Below, piece by piece: positions 53,312-64,000 of a DNA stretch of 64,000 nucleotides. The notes beneath the pieces are model-generated. The model was given only the letters and a program-made list of their open reading frames with translations, was not told where the DNA came from and did no database searches. The position numbers and the translations under genes were made by a program. This DNA is from Tricharina praecox (Eukaryota), in NCBI RefSeq assembly GCF_024521635.1, contig NW_026250408.1:558001-622000 (forward strand), written 5' to 3'. Each line of letters begins with the position of its first letter. Position 1 is the stretch's first letter.

Positions 53312-55033
53312 CCCTTGTAAAAAAAAAGGGGGGGTTTTTTTAAATAGTAGAGCGACTGTTGTGCCATGATTTTTTTTCAAACCCGTAGGAAAAGTAAATA
53401 CCACATCGTGATAGTTGAGAATTATACACATGTCAAATTATTGACCTATAGAAGCCACTCAAAACATTGTACATTCCGTGTTGGATTCACAGACGTGTTG
53501 CAAGTTTTAACGGAGGGTGTAGATATACAGTTCACAGGCTTTTCCCATGAAAATTGGAAGCCGTAGTACAAGTGATCCTGTTTATAGACAGCGGAATGGC
53601 CAGCAATTCCCTATGTGGTTAAAATAAAGCGTTTAAGTGCATTAAAACATTGCAGCATCGTTTTCTTGGCATTTTCTTGGCATTTTCGAACTGTTGAAAC
53701 TTGAGGAGCAGGAGTGCAACATGTGAATATCAGAGATGAAACTGGGCTCGGGTTTTCTCGCTTATGCAGCATTTTTCACATTGGTCTTGAAGCACTAAGC
53801 ACATATGGTTTTATGTTCTACTAGTACTACCTACGAGGCCAGCAGCCAGTATCCAGTATCCAGTATCCAGTATCCAGTATCAAAGTATCCACGGCGGCCA
53901 GTATCTACAGCGGCTAGACAAGCATTACTGCAAGGTGAGCTATTAGCGAGAGAAGCTATCAGGGAAAGGAGGAGCTGCGGTGAGAGTAGAGTTGCGGCGA
54001 GGGGAGTGATAGCAGTTGCAGTGGGAGGGGGAATAGCAGTTGCGGTGAGAGAGGAATAGCAGTTGTGGCGAGGGGGGGGGGGTGATAGTAGTTGCGGTGG
54101 GAGGGGGAGCTGCGGTGGGGGGTGATAGCAGTTACAGCAAGGGGGGTGATAGCAGTTGCGGCGAGGGGGGTGATGGCAGTTGAGGGGGAATAGGCGGGGG
54201 TGGGAATAGCAGTTGCGGATGGGGAGGAGTTGCGGGGAGAGGAGGAGATGTGGGGGGAGGAGGAGTTGTGGGAGAAGAAGAAGAAGAAAAAGAAGAAGAG
54301 ACAGATGGCTAAGAGAGCATACAACCCCGCCATGCCGCCAATGTTGGCAGTGCCCTCTACTAACCACATTCGTCTTCTCCCACCGACAGGAGTCCTCCTT
54401 TACGTCCTCCTCTTGCCAACACCTCCTCCCACGGCTCCTGAGCCATCTCGCGGATTGTTTCAGTCATTCCTGTTCGATGACTAGAGTCATTTCACGAACT
54501 GACTGAGTCATTCCTAGAGTCATTTACCGGATTGACTAAGTCGTTCCTAGAGTCATCTCGCGGATTGACTCAATCATTCCTGTTGGATGACTTAAGTCAT
54601 CTTTCATCCCCACCCCCACTAAACTCCCATTACTCCCTCCCATTGCAGCTCGCCCATCGATCCTTCACACCCCTCGCTTCCCCACACTGGAAAACAGTAG
54701 AAAAATGCCAAGAAAACGTTTAAGTGAGCACCAACGATATATCTCGTCCTTGTGTTTTTATATTTCCACCAATTCCTGTTTACTTAAGCGTTAGATCAAC
54801 GTATGACAAATTCACACACTGTCTGGCTTTTTGCCGAGTTTACAATTTAAAATGGGTGTACTGTCTATCATCATTTTATTTCCGCATCGTTTTACGTGGC
54901 TCACGTTATTCTAGATGCAATAGTTGCGGAATAGTTGCGCAATACCGCGGGGCCGCTTGTGAAATCTAATGATCGCGCAACCATTTCCCAACCCACCGCT
55001 CACGTTTAAAAAACCCCCCTTTTTTTACAAGGG
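53312..55033. mobile_element. non-autonomous DNA transposon with terminal inverted repeats (1722 bp), CACTA/CMC-like
   Basis: Left end CCCTTGTAAAAAAAAAGGGGGGGTTTTTTTAAA and right end TTTAAAAAACCCCCCTTTTTTTACAAGGG, both flanked by TT. There is an internal inverted match CGTTTTCTTGGCATTTT (about 53659 and 54702-54718) and internal tandem arrays, but no transposase ORF. Confidence 0.8.
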
Positions 55034-55315
55034 TTGTTGTCATCTGCTTTGCTATGCTTCAGCAACTCACTTCCAGTTTATTGACAATATGTATTTCATT
55101 TATGCCAGTTGAAGCCAAAGAGAAAAAGATAATAAAACTAGCAATTATCATCTATCGACTTATTCAGATTCCCCACCCGCAACCCGACAATCGTTGCAAG
55201 TATTTATAGACAGTAAAACAGCTACAGAACGAACTTGAACACGCAACCAAACGTTTCATCTACAGAGGAAAAAAGCTACAACCCCGAAGTATTAAAACGC
55301 CGAGGAAGTAACTTT

Positions 55316-56851
55316 TTAAAAGTTGAGAGAAAGGTCCGTGATACCCCAGTGCTACAGAGAATGTCAGTGACTGGTTCGATGGGGGTGGGATGTGCGAGAA
55401 GCATACCTTCTCGGTGGAAAACGTCAAGGCGGTGTCCTCCTTCCAGCCATCGTCGAAGGCGGTGAACAGAATCACGTCCAAGCCCTGGGTGTCAAGAATC
55501 GACTTGACGGCGAGAGCCTGGTTCTCCACGCTGGGAATAGCCTTGTTGTTGGCGGTACCCTGAGTGGGCCAACCAGTCTCTGTAAGGTGCATTAGTATAT
55601 CATGTCACAGTTTGCGTGATGGGATGATGAACGTACCAGTGATGACAATCTGCTTATCGCCGCAGACCTTGGCCATCTCCGTCTTCATGTTGTTCAAGAA
55701 CTCCCCAGTTCCCTCAGCGACGACGTTTCCATCAAAGAACGAGTGGCAGTTGGCCGCGACGTAGTCGGACGCCTCGCAGATAGCAGGGTTGCCCATTATG
55801 GCGACGAAGGTATCGACACCAACGACGGGACCAGTGTATCCGACGTCGGAGCTACGGAGACGCTCACGGCTGGAGTTGATGATGCCGGCGAATTCGCTCG
55901 CAGTCTTCCTTCCAAAGTTGACAACCTCATTGCCGATGGCGACGGTGTGGACGGTATCCCAGTTTCCGTCGACGTACTCGATAAGGGTCTCCAGCTCTTC
56001 GAGGGGCTTGTCCATGTTCCAGATACCGGGCATGACCTTGATGTTATGAGTCTTCGCGGCGGCGATCACGTTCTGAATCTGGCTGCAATCTACACCGTAG
56101 AGACGGATGGGGCTGTACTCCTTGATCAAGGCGATGTCGGCGGCGACTTCTTCGGTGGTCTTGCACGCATTATCGGCATGGTATGGCGAGTAGACAATTC
56201 CGGGCTTGCTGCCACCTCCGGGCGGGTAGGTTCCCGACACGTACGGCGTACCGGTAGCAGCCGGCTTGGTCGAGGAGGAGGAGGACGACACAGGGGCAGC
56301 CAAAGAAGATGAATAGACAGTGGTAGGCTCCGGTGCCTCTGATGATGTCGTCGGCACCGGTACAGGTATGCTTGAAGTGGAAGCAGTGGTCGGCACGGAT
56401 ACGTACACCGATGTTGGAGTAGTCTTGACCGCCGAGGTGGTAGCCTCAGCCGGAGGCTGGTAAACTACCGTCGAACTCGACGAGACCGAAGTCTCTTCAC
56501 TAGGGGAATCGATCACGGGGGTAGCCGTCTTCGACACCACCGCGGTCTTGGTGACGGGTGGCCGAGTGCCGTAGACCGTAACGGTCAAGGTATGGGGAGC
56601 ACTCGGGTCAACAGTGTTGCCCTTCTGATCAACCCACACAGTTGCGGCAGTCGAGTAGCAAGTTGCAACCTTGGGAGCTTCAGAAACCCGCTTGTGGAGA
56701 GCACCATGTCGTCGTCCTGGTTACGAACGGTGAGTAAACGTCCACAGAGCAACACCGACGGGGAGTGGAACATACTGTGAGGCGAAGCAGCTGCCAGCGA
56801 AGAAGCAGCCAAAGCCGCAACCGCAAGATTGATCAAGGACATCCCGAACAT
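55316..56851 (-). CDS. secreted GH17 beta-1,3-glucanase/glucosyltransferase, Scw11/BtgE-like, with a Ser/Thr-rich region; 4 exons
   Basis: Signal peptide, S/T/P-rich linker, GIVYSPY..CKT, IRLYGVDC, VAIGNEVV, AANCHSFFD, VITETGWPT (spliced), FTAFDD and EK-HWGI. Confidence 0.9.
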
Positions 56852-59014
56852 TGTAGATTTTAAGCTGAGAGGTTGGAGCTAGATCGTAATATATGAGATG
56901 TAGCTAGATGAATATGGCTGGTATGGTGTTTCTACGTTATTTCTGGATCTAGGTACAAGAGGGTTGGATGTTCTTCGTGGGTTCGTAAGTTGTTTTATGT
57001 GTATCGCTGCTCTGGACGTCTGCTCTCGAAGCAAAGGAAGGAAGTTGTTTTTCAAAAACAGAAAGAGCGTGATGGGCTTGAAAGAACGAGAGTAGGGTTG
57101 TGTGGTAAACTAGCCCGCACAAGAGAATGAATGAAGGTAGTGAGAGAGAAGGAAAGAGCAACGAACTCGCAGAGACGGTGTCGGAATGGGTAGGGAGAGA
57201 AGGAAGAAGGGAGGCAGAGACGAAGGCAGAGGAGGAGGGGAGCACAGGGTAATATAAGGTATACACCTACTCACACTCGCTGTGTGGGGCATAATTCTGG
57301 GCTGAGTTGTGACCCAACGAGGCTTCTCAGAACCTACGATCGAATGGATGGTTGTCCCTGCTTCAAGGGCACCGCTAACGCAGGGGTCAAGGGGTCGAAG
57401 ACTGCCATGTTACAGAGTTTGCCTTCTCCATCCCGAGAGGGAGTGCGTACGAGTACATGCTCTGCTAGTATGTAGGGAGATATCCTTCCCCGCAGGGCCC
57501 GCAATATCTCCAGCAGCACCCATCGAGAAGGTGTGAGAGTGTCGGCAACATCCTACGGCCTCCGCACCTGCCGCAATGCCACACACAGCGCCGGGGATAT
57601 CTCACAACGGTCTGGGTGCGACATGTAGGTATCTCCATGTTGAAGTCACACATGCACACAGGAAGCTCATGCCTTGCCATGGGGAAAAAAAGCAGAACTC
57701 CCGTCCCTGCCAGCATCTGTACCTGCATATCTAGGCGTGCAAGCCGCAGCGGCGCCTCGCCCATCGCTCATGGATGGCGCTACTAACTTACGTGCCCCAA
57801 CCAAACACCAAGGGACCGTAGCGGCATAAACTCTACTATAATTCGCCGAACTCCTCCTCCATTACGTGGGCGTTTCCTGCCTTTCGCGCACGCATGGCCG
57901 CATATGTATATAAACAGAGGGTCGTATCGTATCGTGTCGTGTCGTGTCGTGTCGTGTCGTATCGCCTGCGGTTGCGTGGCCAAGGTTTCTGCCGTGCCCC
58001 TCCCCTCTAAAATCCCGTCCAATCGGTAGGCGCGCACGGGCAGTCCGTGGAGCTAGTGCTAGGTACATAGCCGCTACGAAAGCTCCGATCGGATTCCAGG
58101 CGATGGGACGACGTTTCATGTCGGTCGGGTCGTTGGATTTGTGTTTTGCCTCAACCTTCAGGTCCGCGCTGGATATGGCTTTTCGACGCGCAGTCGAGAA
58201 GAATCGAGGTCACGACCACCACCGCTACTTAAGCATAAAAGTACCGTATGTCCCTCGATCGTTATCTATTTCGACGTCTGGCACTCGCCCCAAAAACCGG
58301 AACATTCTCATCAGCCTGTTCCGCCGACGAGCACGAGCGTTGGATTCGTCCCCGGTTATTCTGCTGTGGGGGTTTGCGTCGACAGGCGAGGTATGGCAAG
58401 GCATGGAAGCATGGAGGCATGAAGGCATGGAGGCATGGAGGCATGGGGAGGCATGGAAGGCAAATGAAAGGACAGTTCTTGGGCCCCGGGAGGGCTTATG
58501 ATGAGCTTCGGCTTCGGCAAAATGCCATAGCATAGCTATCGTGCGGCGCAGCGCCGGGGACCTTGGGCGGCAAGACAAGTCCCTGCATACACCAGATACC
58601 TACCGTTCACGAGCACTTCACGCCTCGCCCTGACCAACATACCATCCCATCCACCACTTAATACCGAAAAGATTAATTGCTCGCGTCGCACGCGGTGGCG
58701 AAACCCGTTCCTGAAAATATAGTGGTTGTATATGCGTGTTTCGAGTATGTTGCTTGGCGGGGCGCGGCGGTGCGGGGCGGGGGTATTCAGGCAGGTGGAG
58801 GTAGAATATGAAGACCCGGGCCGAACTGGTGCGCAAATGCATAGTAGAGCAGATATAGGTACTTTATGCAAGCCTTGACCTGTGTCGCCAGCGCTCACGT
58901 AATCGTCATTCATCAAAACCATATACTTTGATCTCGCCACCAGCAACACCATCACAGTTGTGGGAACCTCAACATCCACAAGCACAGATTCAAAAACTGA
59001 AGAAAAAAAGATTA

Positions 59015-59113
59015 TGCTACCAGCAGGGTTCGAACCTGCGCGGGTTTCCCCAATGGGTTTCAAGTCAATAGAAAACTTAAGTCCACCGCCTTGGACCACT
59101 CGGCCATAGTAGC
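59015..59113 (-). tRNA. tRNA-Leu (UAA) with a 17-nt intron (59075-59059)
   Basis: Acceptor stem GCTACTA/TGGTAGC, A-box TGGCCGAGTGG, anticodon CT-TAA-G, long variable arm, T-loop GGTTCGAACC and a downstream T7 terminator. Confidence 0.92.
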
Positions 59114-60183
59114 GTGTTGTATTCATCACATGTATGCCGGATAAGACCCAAAGCTCCTAGTGACAGCTTGGCATAGATAAAGCTTTCAACTTTGTTCGCT
59201 ACGCACGCAGGGCACTCGCCCTTCGCGACCTCCGCATCCATAGTCGTCACTCGCTTCTATCCCTCGTTCCGACACGCAGCCCCCGCCTCAAAAGACCCCG
59301 CGCTCGAGTGGGGATCGATCCTTCCTTCCTTCTACATACCGCATCCTACTAGGCCTTGATCGCTAGCACCCCGGACTAGGTACATTCTACCTACCTGGTC
59401 ACAAACCACCACTCGATCATCCCACGACACTTACTCTACTCCATAGCATGTCCACCACAACAATGCCACAAACAGAGCCACTGCCGCTATGTACTCTACA
59501 GGTCCCCGCCGCGATACCCGACGGACGTACTAAAGACGTGGGAGGGAGGATGTACCCGAGCAGTGATTGTACCGTACCGAACCTCCGGCGGCGAACCGAA
59601 ACTGCCGCCAGGTTGCCTCTGCGACATGTAGAGTACATCCAAACCTGCTTCGTGGTTGATATGCTCCTCCTTGGGAGCCATTATTGGCTTACATACCAAG
59701 GCTCTGGGCGGGTCGTTGACCATACGGCTCTCTCCCTCACCCGGCCAGCCACCCAGCCGCCGATGGAGCAGGTACACGGCTTTTACAATCGGTCGAGATA
59801 GACAGTCTTCCAAGATCACCACCAGCTTCGGCTTCCTAGCGTCGAAGGATGCATTGCTTTGCTACGGCTATACCTCCCATGCTTATCCGCTGGGTGATTA
59901 GACGTCGAACAACACTGGGCGTTCGCGGGAAAATATCCGCGGGCGTTTTCTGTCGAGTTTTTCTCTTTCTTCAGGCCAACCTCCTTCTACTTGGAGTACT
60001 TGAGCTGCTGCTATGAGGTGCGAAACTGACGTGAGCATCACATGGTCTCTGATTCGCTCTCTCTCTCATGAAGTATCATTAATCACCCCATCTGCACGAG
60101 CAAAAAACAAACAAACAAGAGCATCATCCATCCATTAAGCGTATTGTCTTGCAATCTCATTCCCGTCAACTCATCGTAACCCT

Positions 60184-60695
60184 CTACAAAACCAGTACAC
60201 CAGCCGCGCCAACAACAGCCAGGACACCGAAGTTGACGACGTTCATTCCGGCAGCACCGGTAGCAACGGCGGCAGCCGAGCTAGCGGCTGAGCCGACCGC
60301 ACCCGAGGCCGACTCGCGAGGACCGTCGCAGTCCCAGTGGTTACCGTGGGACACGCAGCCGACGGACTCGGTGGGGCTGGGGCCGGCGCTGTGGCTGCCG
60401 CTCGCGTGGTCGTCGTGGTCGTCGTGGTCGTCGGCGTGGCCGGTGGCCGAGGACATGGCGGCGGAGCCGGAGGCGGTGGGGCTGCTGATGTTAGTGATGG
60501 ACGCTGTGCGGGAGGGGGGAGAGGGCGTACCAGTCCCAGTGGTCGCCGTGGGAGACGCAGTTGGCGGACTCGGTGGGGGATGCTGTTGACCGTTAGTTAT
60601 AGACGAGGAGGAGGATGCGGGTGGGACTAACGCTGCTGGGCGCTGACGGCCATGGCGAGAGCGGCGATCGAAAGGAGGGTGGTGGATAACTTCAT
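60184..60695 (-). CDS. small secreted, probably GPI-anchored, His/Cys-motif cell-surface protein (about 138 aa); exons 60695-60632, 60582-60531, 60484-60184
   Basis: Signal peptide MKLSTTLLSIAALAMAVSA, two PSPTESxxCVSHG[D/N]HWDC repeats flanking HADDHDDHDDH, and a hydrophobic C-terminus VVNFGVLAVVGAAGVLVL. Both introns have GT, CTAAC and CAG. Confidence 0.85.
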
Positions 60696-62758
60696 TTTCG
60701 CTTTTTGTGTGTGTGTGTGGGGGGGGGGGGGTGCTTCGAATTTGCTGGTGGGTGGGGGTGGGCCGTGAACGAGAGTGTGATGGTGAGGGTGGGAGTGGGA
60801 GTGGGGAGAGGAGGGAGACCGCGAGGTTTGTGGGCTGGCTGTATGTATTTATGTATGCGGGCCAAACAACAACTAGTTCATTCATTCCTACTCCCGCCTA
60901 TGTAGAGTACATACAAGAATCAAGATGCAAGGAGAACTTCCCGTCTCCTCCTCAACCCCCCACGCTGGCTGCAAAGAAATTGCCGTTAGGTAGGTGGTGG
61001 TGGGAACACGCTTGGCACACCTTGATGGCTGGCTGGCCGCTGGTCGACTGCTGGTCGATGACGGGAGAACTCCCGAAGTGTTAATCAAGATGCATGGCTG
61101 GCTGGGTGCGTGCATAAACCTCTGTATAACACCGTATTGCTGTGCTCGGCGATTTAGCACATCGCACATACAGTTCCAACGGTCGGTTCCACAGCAGCTG
61201 TCACCCGTGCTTTCGGCGGTGAAGATGATATGTAACTACTACTCTGCTCGTGTTCACGGTCAATGGAACAGCATGAACGAGAACTTAGAAGGTACTTCCG
61301 CGGGTGAGATGGCTGGATGGCAGGATTATGGTCATCGCAGTTTCCAGTATCTAACTAGCTCCGACAGGAACCTTGGTGGGCACTACACGCTGCCAAGCTG
61401 TAAAACATCTTCCGTTCGCGTCGTTACGTGCATGCATGGAGCGATGTTCATATGGAGTCACTCGCGTGCCAGCTGACTTGTCACTTTTTCACCGGCGGTC
61501 TGCTGGGCTGGGAAACCAGCAGAAAGAGGGGTGGAGCCACGCTTGAGAGATCTTGGGGCGAATTTCAGTTGCGAGCATCAGGCAGGGAGAGCGCACCGCC
61601 TGTCCATCCTCGGCAACAATCCGATTCTGTTCAAAACTCTCTCAAGAGTAGAGGTGAATCGCTAGAGTAGCCCAGCGAGGCGGGGCTCTATGTATTGTAC
61701 TCTAGCCACGGTACGTTGCGCCAACAGCAGTTTACACTACTCTAGCAGTGTCATCCCCAATCCTCCAAGTTCGTCACAGAATCACCATCAGTGATGACAG
61801 TGGCCTTTGGCCTTCACCTTGCCAGAACCTTGGTGCTTGGATCCCTCGATCTTGGTGAATTCGGAAGTAGGAGCCATCAAGCACTTCGGGAGAAAATTTG
61901 GCAGTAGCTACTCCTACTTCAGAACATTGACCTTCAACTCGAGAGAGAGAGGATCTTCGATATCGTTTACCCTCGGAGTTTCGTCTCTTCCAAGAGGATG
62001 CACGAGCCACTCCACTCACCCCAAGCGATGTTCCAAGGAAGTGGGAGATCTGGCCACTCACGGTCTATGACGGGAGGACGATTACCGGTATCGGGGGGAG
62101 GGTTGTTCCTGCATGAGTACCGGCAGTGTGGGATTAGTATCAACGTACTCATTTTGTACATACCTGATTGCCAGAATGCGGCCCGCACCTATGGATGAAA
62201 TTAGAAGCGCCAGGCGCGAGTGAGCCGCCGGCAAGTTGCGATTGTTGACGAGACTTCAATATCAAAAACGAAGGTCTCTGTAAAGTACTACACGAGCAAT
62301 AGGTACGGTGATGAGGCCAGCTCGAGGGCTTGCGTACGCATAATTGCGCAGGTTCCCATCTCTGCGAAAGCTTGAAGATGTACAGGACGTGAATCACTCG
62401 CAACGCCATCTTGCCGATATTTACGAGAACATGGGCTGCACCGCTTCGGCTGGCATTACGAGCACGCTTAGGAGTGAAAAAGTCCAAACTCTACCTATTT
62501 CTAGACTCAGATGCATGTTCCAAGCACACACTCGAAATAGTATCCCTCGAATTCTTCCAAGCTCCCGCCTTGCTCTTCACCCGGTCGCCAAAACCCGCAT
62601 ACACATATATCACCGCCGTGCTCGATCCAGCATCTAGGTAGCATCTAAGCCCCACTTACGCTTTTTAACCTTCCAACCTTCACCTTCCACCCCAAATGGC
62701 AAAAACCAACCCCACCCTTCTCGCCAAAAAGCACCAGCACTCGAGCACCGAGAGCCTC

Positions 62759-62831
62759 AGTTCTGACCCTGATTTGAACAGGGGACCTGTCGATCTGCAA
62801 TCGACCGCTCTAACCCCTGAGCTACCAGAAC
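62759..62831 (-). tRNA. tRNA-Cys (GCA), intronless
   Basis: Cloverleaf GTTCTGG/TCAGAAC, D-stem GCTC/GAGC, anticodon stem GTCGA/TCGAC around TT-GCA-GA, T-arm CCCTG-TTCAAAT-CAGGG and U73 discriminator. Confidence 0.95.
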
Positions 62832-63576
62832 ATGTTGATGGTGGAGGTTCGTGATTGACGGGTATGATACGGTATTGTATCACTCGGAGTCTACGGGTCA
62901 CGTGCATACATAGCTGGTGTGTGCGTGCAAATAGTTTAGAAGCTGCAATGAGGGTTCACCATGAAATGGCAGACCAGTGAGTCCTCATGGGATATGCTTA
63001 CTGATTACTTACTCCAAACCTCATGCGATAGGTACACATGTAGGTAGGCCACGTTATATCTCCCTGTCTCCTTTTCCCCCATCGCAGCATCGTGTACCTA
63101 ACGTCTTGTGGGTTACAGGCTTACATCTTGCAAGCGCCAACATGGCCGGTAGAGTACCTGCTACGGTACCACCTCATTAGGGTGAACGTCGGTGGGTCAA
63201 CCCACCAGCTTTAGCTCTGGCACCACCCATTCAGGGTCTAGGCTAACTAAGTCACAGCTGAAGCGTCAAAAGAAGTCTGTTGAAGCGGGGTATCACGCAT
63301 AATCCATCTTATGTATGTACCAAACTCACTACACGAGGCGGCTTTCCGTTCGCATGAAACGCCCGTACCCGGTGACACATACATTCATTCATTCAGACAC
63401 TATCCAACCGAGTAAAGCAAGGGCGTCCAAGCGCAATACACACAACACTCCGTAACCACAGATGGGAACCCTTCGCAATGTAGAAAGAAAAGAAAATGGT
63501 ATATCCAAACCAAAAGAGAACGCCCAAGAGCGCCCTGAAAAACACGTACAAAAACCATTTCAGCCATTGCGAGAAA

Positions 63577-64000
63577 TCAAATCTGACAGTCGATGTAAGC
63601 CCATATCCGAGAAACCAGTTGGAAAGTGTCTCTACCTGCAAGTAGTCCATCATGCTTTCCAGCGGATGTCTCCTGGTTTGTGTATCCGAATCCGACCACT
63701 CCCCAGAGGCAGCAACAGAGCCCCCCTCGCTGGCTCTGAGTGGTGTTTTTCCGGCCTTGTAGGCTTCCCACTCGCGCCCGACCATCCGCATCACCTCTTT
63801 CAGGGGGGATCCAGGGTTCTCGCGCTTGATTCTAGCCATGTGTTGCTTGGTGAAGGTTTGGTACTCTGTCAGCGGCTTCGGATCGCGGAGGACAGGCTTT
63901 GTTTGGAGTAAGACGCCCAGTCGACACCGCGGGCACCTCATGCGTCCGACATCCTTGGGTTTGGACTGCTGCTTCCAGACGTACGAACAGTGCTCCGTCT
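63577..64000 (-). CDS. 3' end of a SprT-like/HMG-box protein (zinc-ribbon-like Cys segment followed by an HMG-box-like segment); partial
   Basis: C..YVWKQQSK.KD..RMRCPRC..VLLQTKP then TEYQTFTKQHMARIKRENPGSPLKEVMRMVGREW. A likely terminal intron 63635-63583 gives ...MDYLQI-stop. Confidence 0.65.

Noticed and set aside
59053..59070. Second anticodon-like GACTTGAAA (Ser-UGA) inside the tRNA-Leu gene
   Set aside because: The flanks do not form a stem; CTTGA is better explained as the intron segment pairing with the UAA anticodon.

Overview
This is intron-rich, GC-rich fungal DNA from a filamentous ascomycete; Pezizomycete affinity is a guess from gene and LINE style. I assembled about 16 protein-coding genes by eye across GT-AG introns with CTRAC branch points. 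In order: the SEC6 3' end, a DNAJC3/P58IPK-type TPR-DnaJ co-chaperone, a HAUS1-like augmin subunit, an LdhA-type D-lactate dehydrogenase, ATG26 sterol glucosyltransferase, FCP1, a classical protein tyrosine phosphatase, a PGM3/PRM15-type phosphomutase, a Pcp1/pericentrin-like SPB protein, a delta-8 sphingolipid desaturase, metacaspase, RSC1/2, a small MRX7-like gene missing from the ORF track, a GH17 Scw11-like glucanase, a small His/Cys-motif GPI-type surface protein, and the 3' end of a SprT/HMG-box gene. There are two tRNA genes (Leu-UAA with an intron, Cys-GCA), two decayed tail-to-tail LINE 3' ends, a 1.7-kb non-autonomous TIR element (CCC...GGG termini, TT flanks) and many microsatellites. 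The most interesting candidates are (1) the secreted GPI-type protein with duplicated CxSHG[D/N]HWDC motifs and ZafA-like CAAGGT sites upstream, a possible surface zinc scavenger; (2) the TIR element carrying Gcn4/CpcA-type sites just upstream of the hidden MRX7-like gene; and (3) a 56-residue tandem repeat expansion in the Pcp1 coiled coil. Exon boundaries were read manually and no database searches were run.
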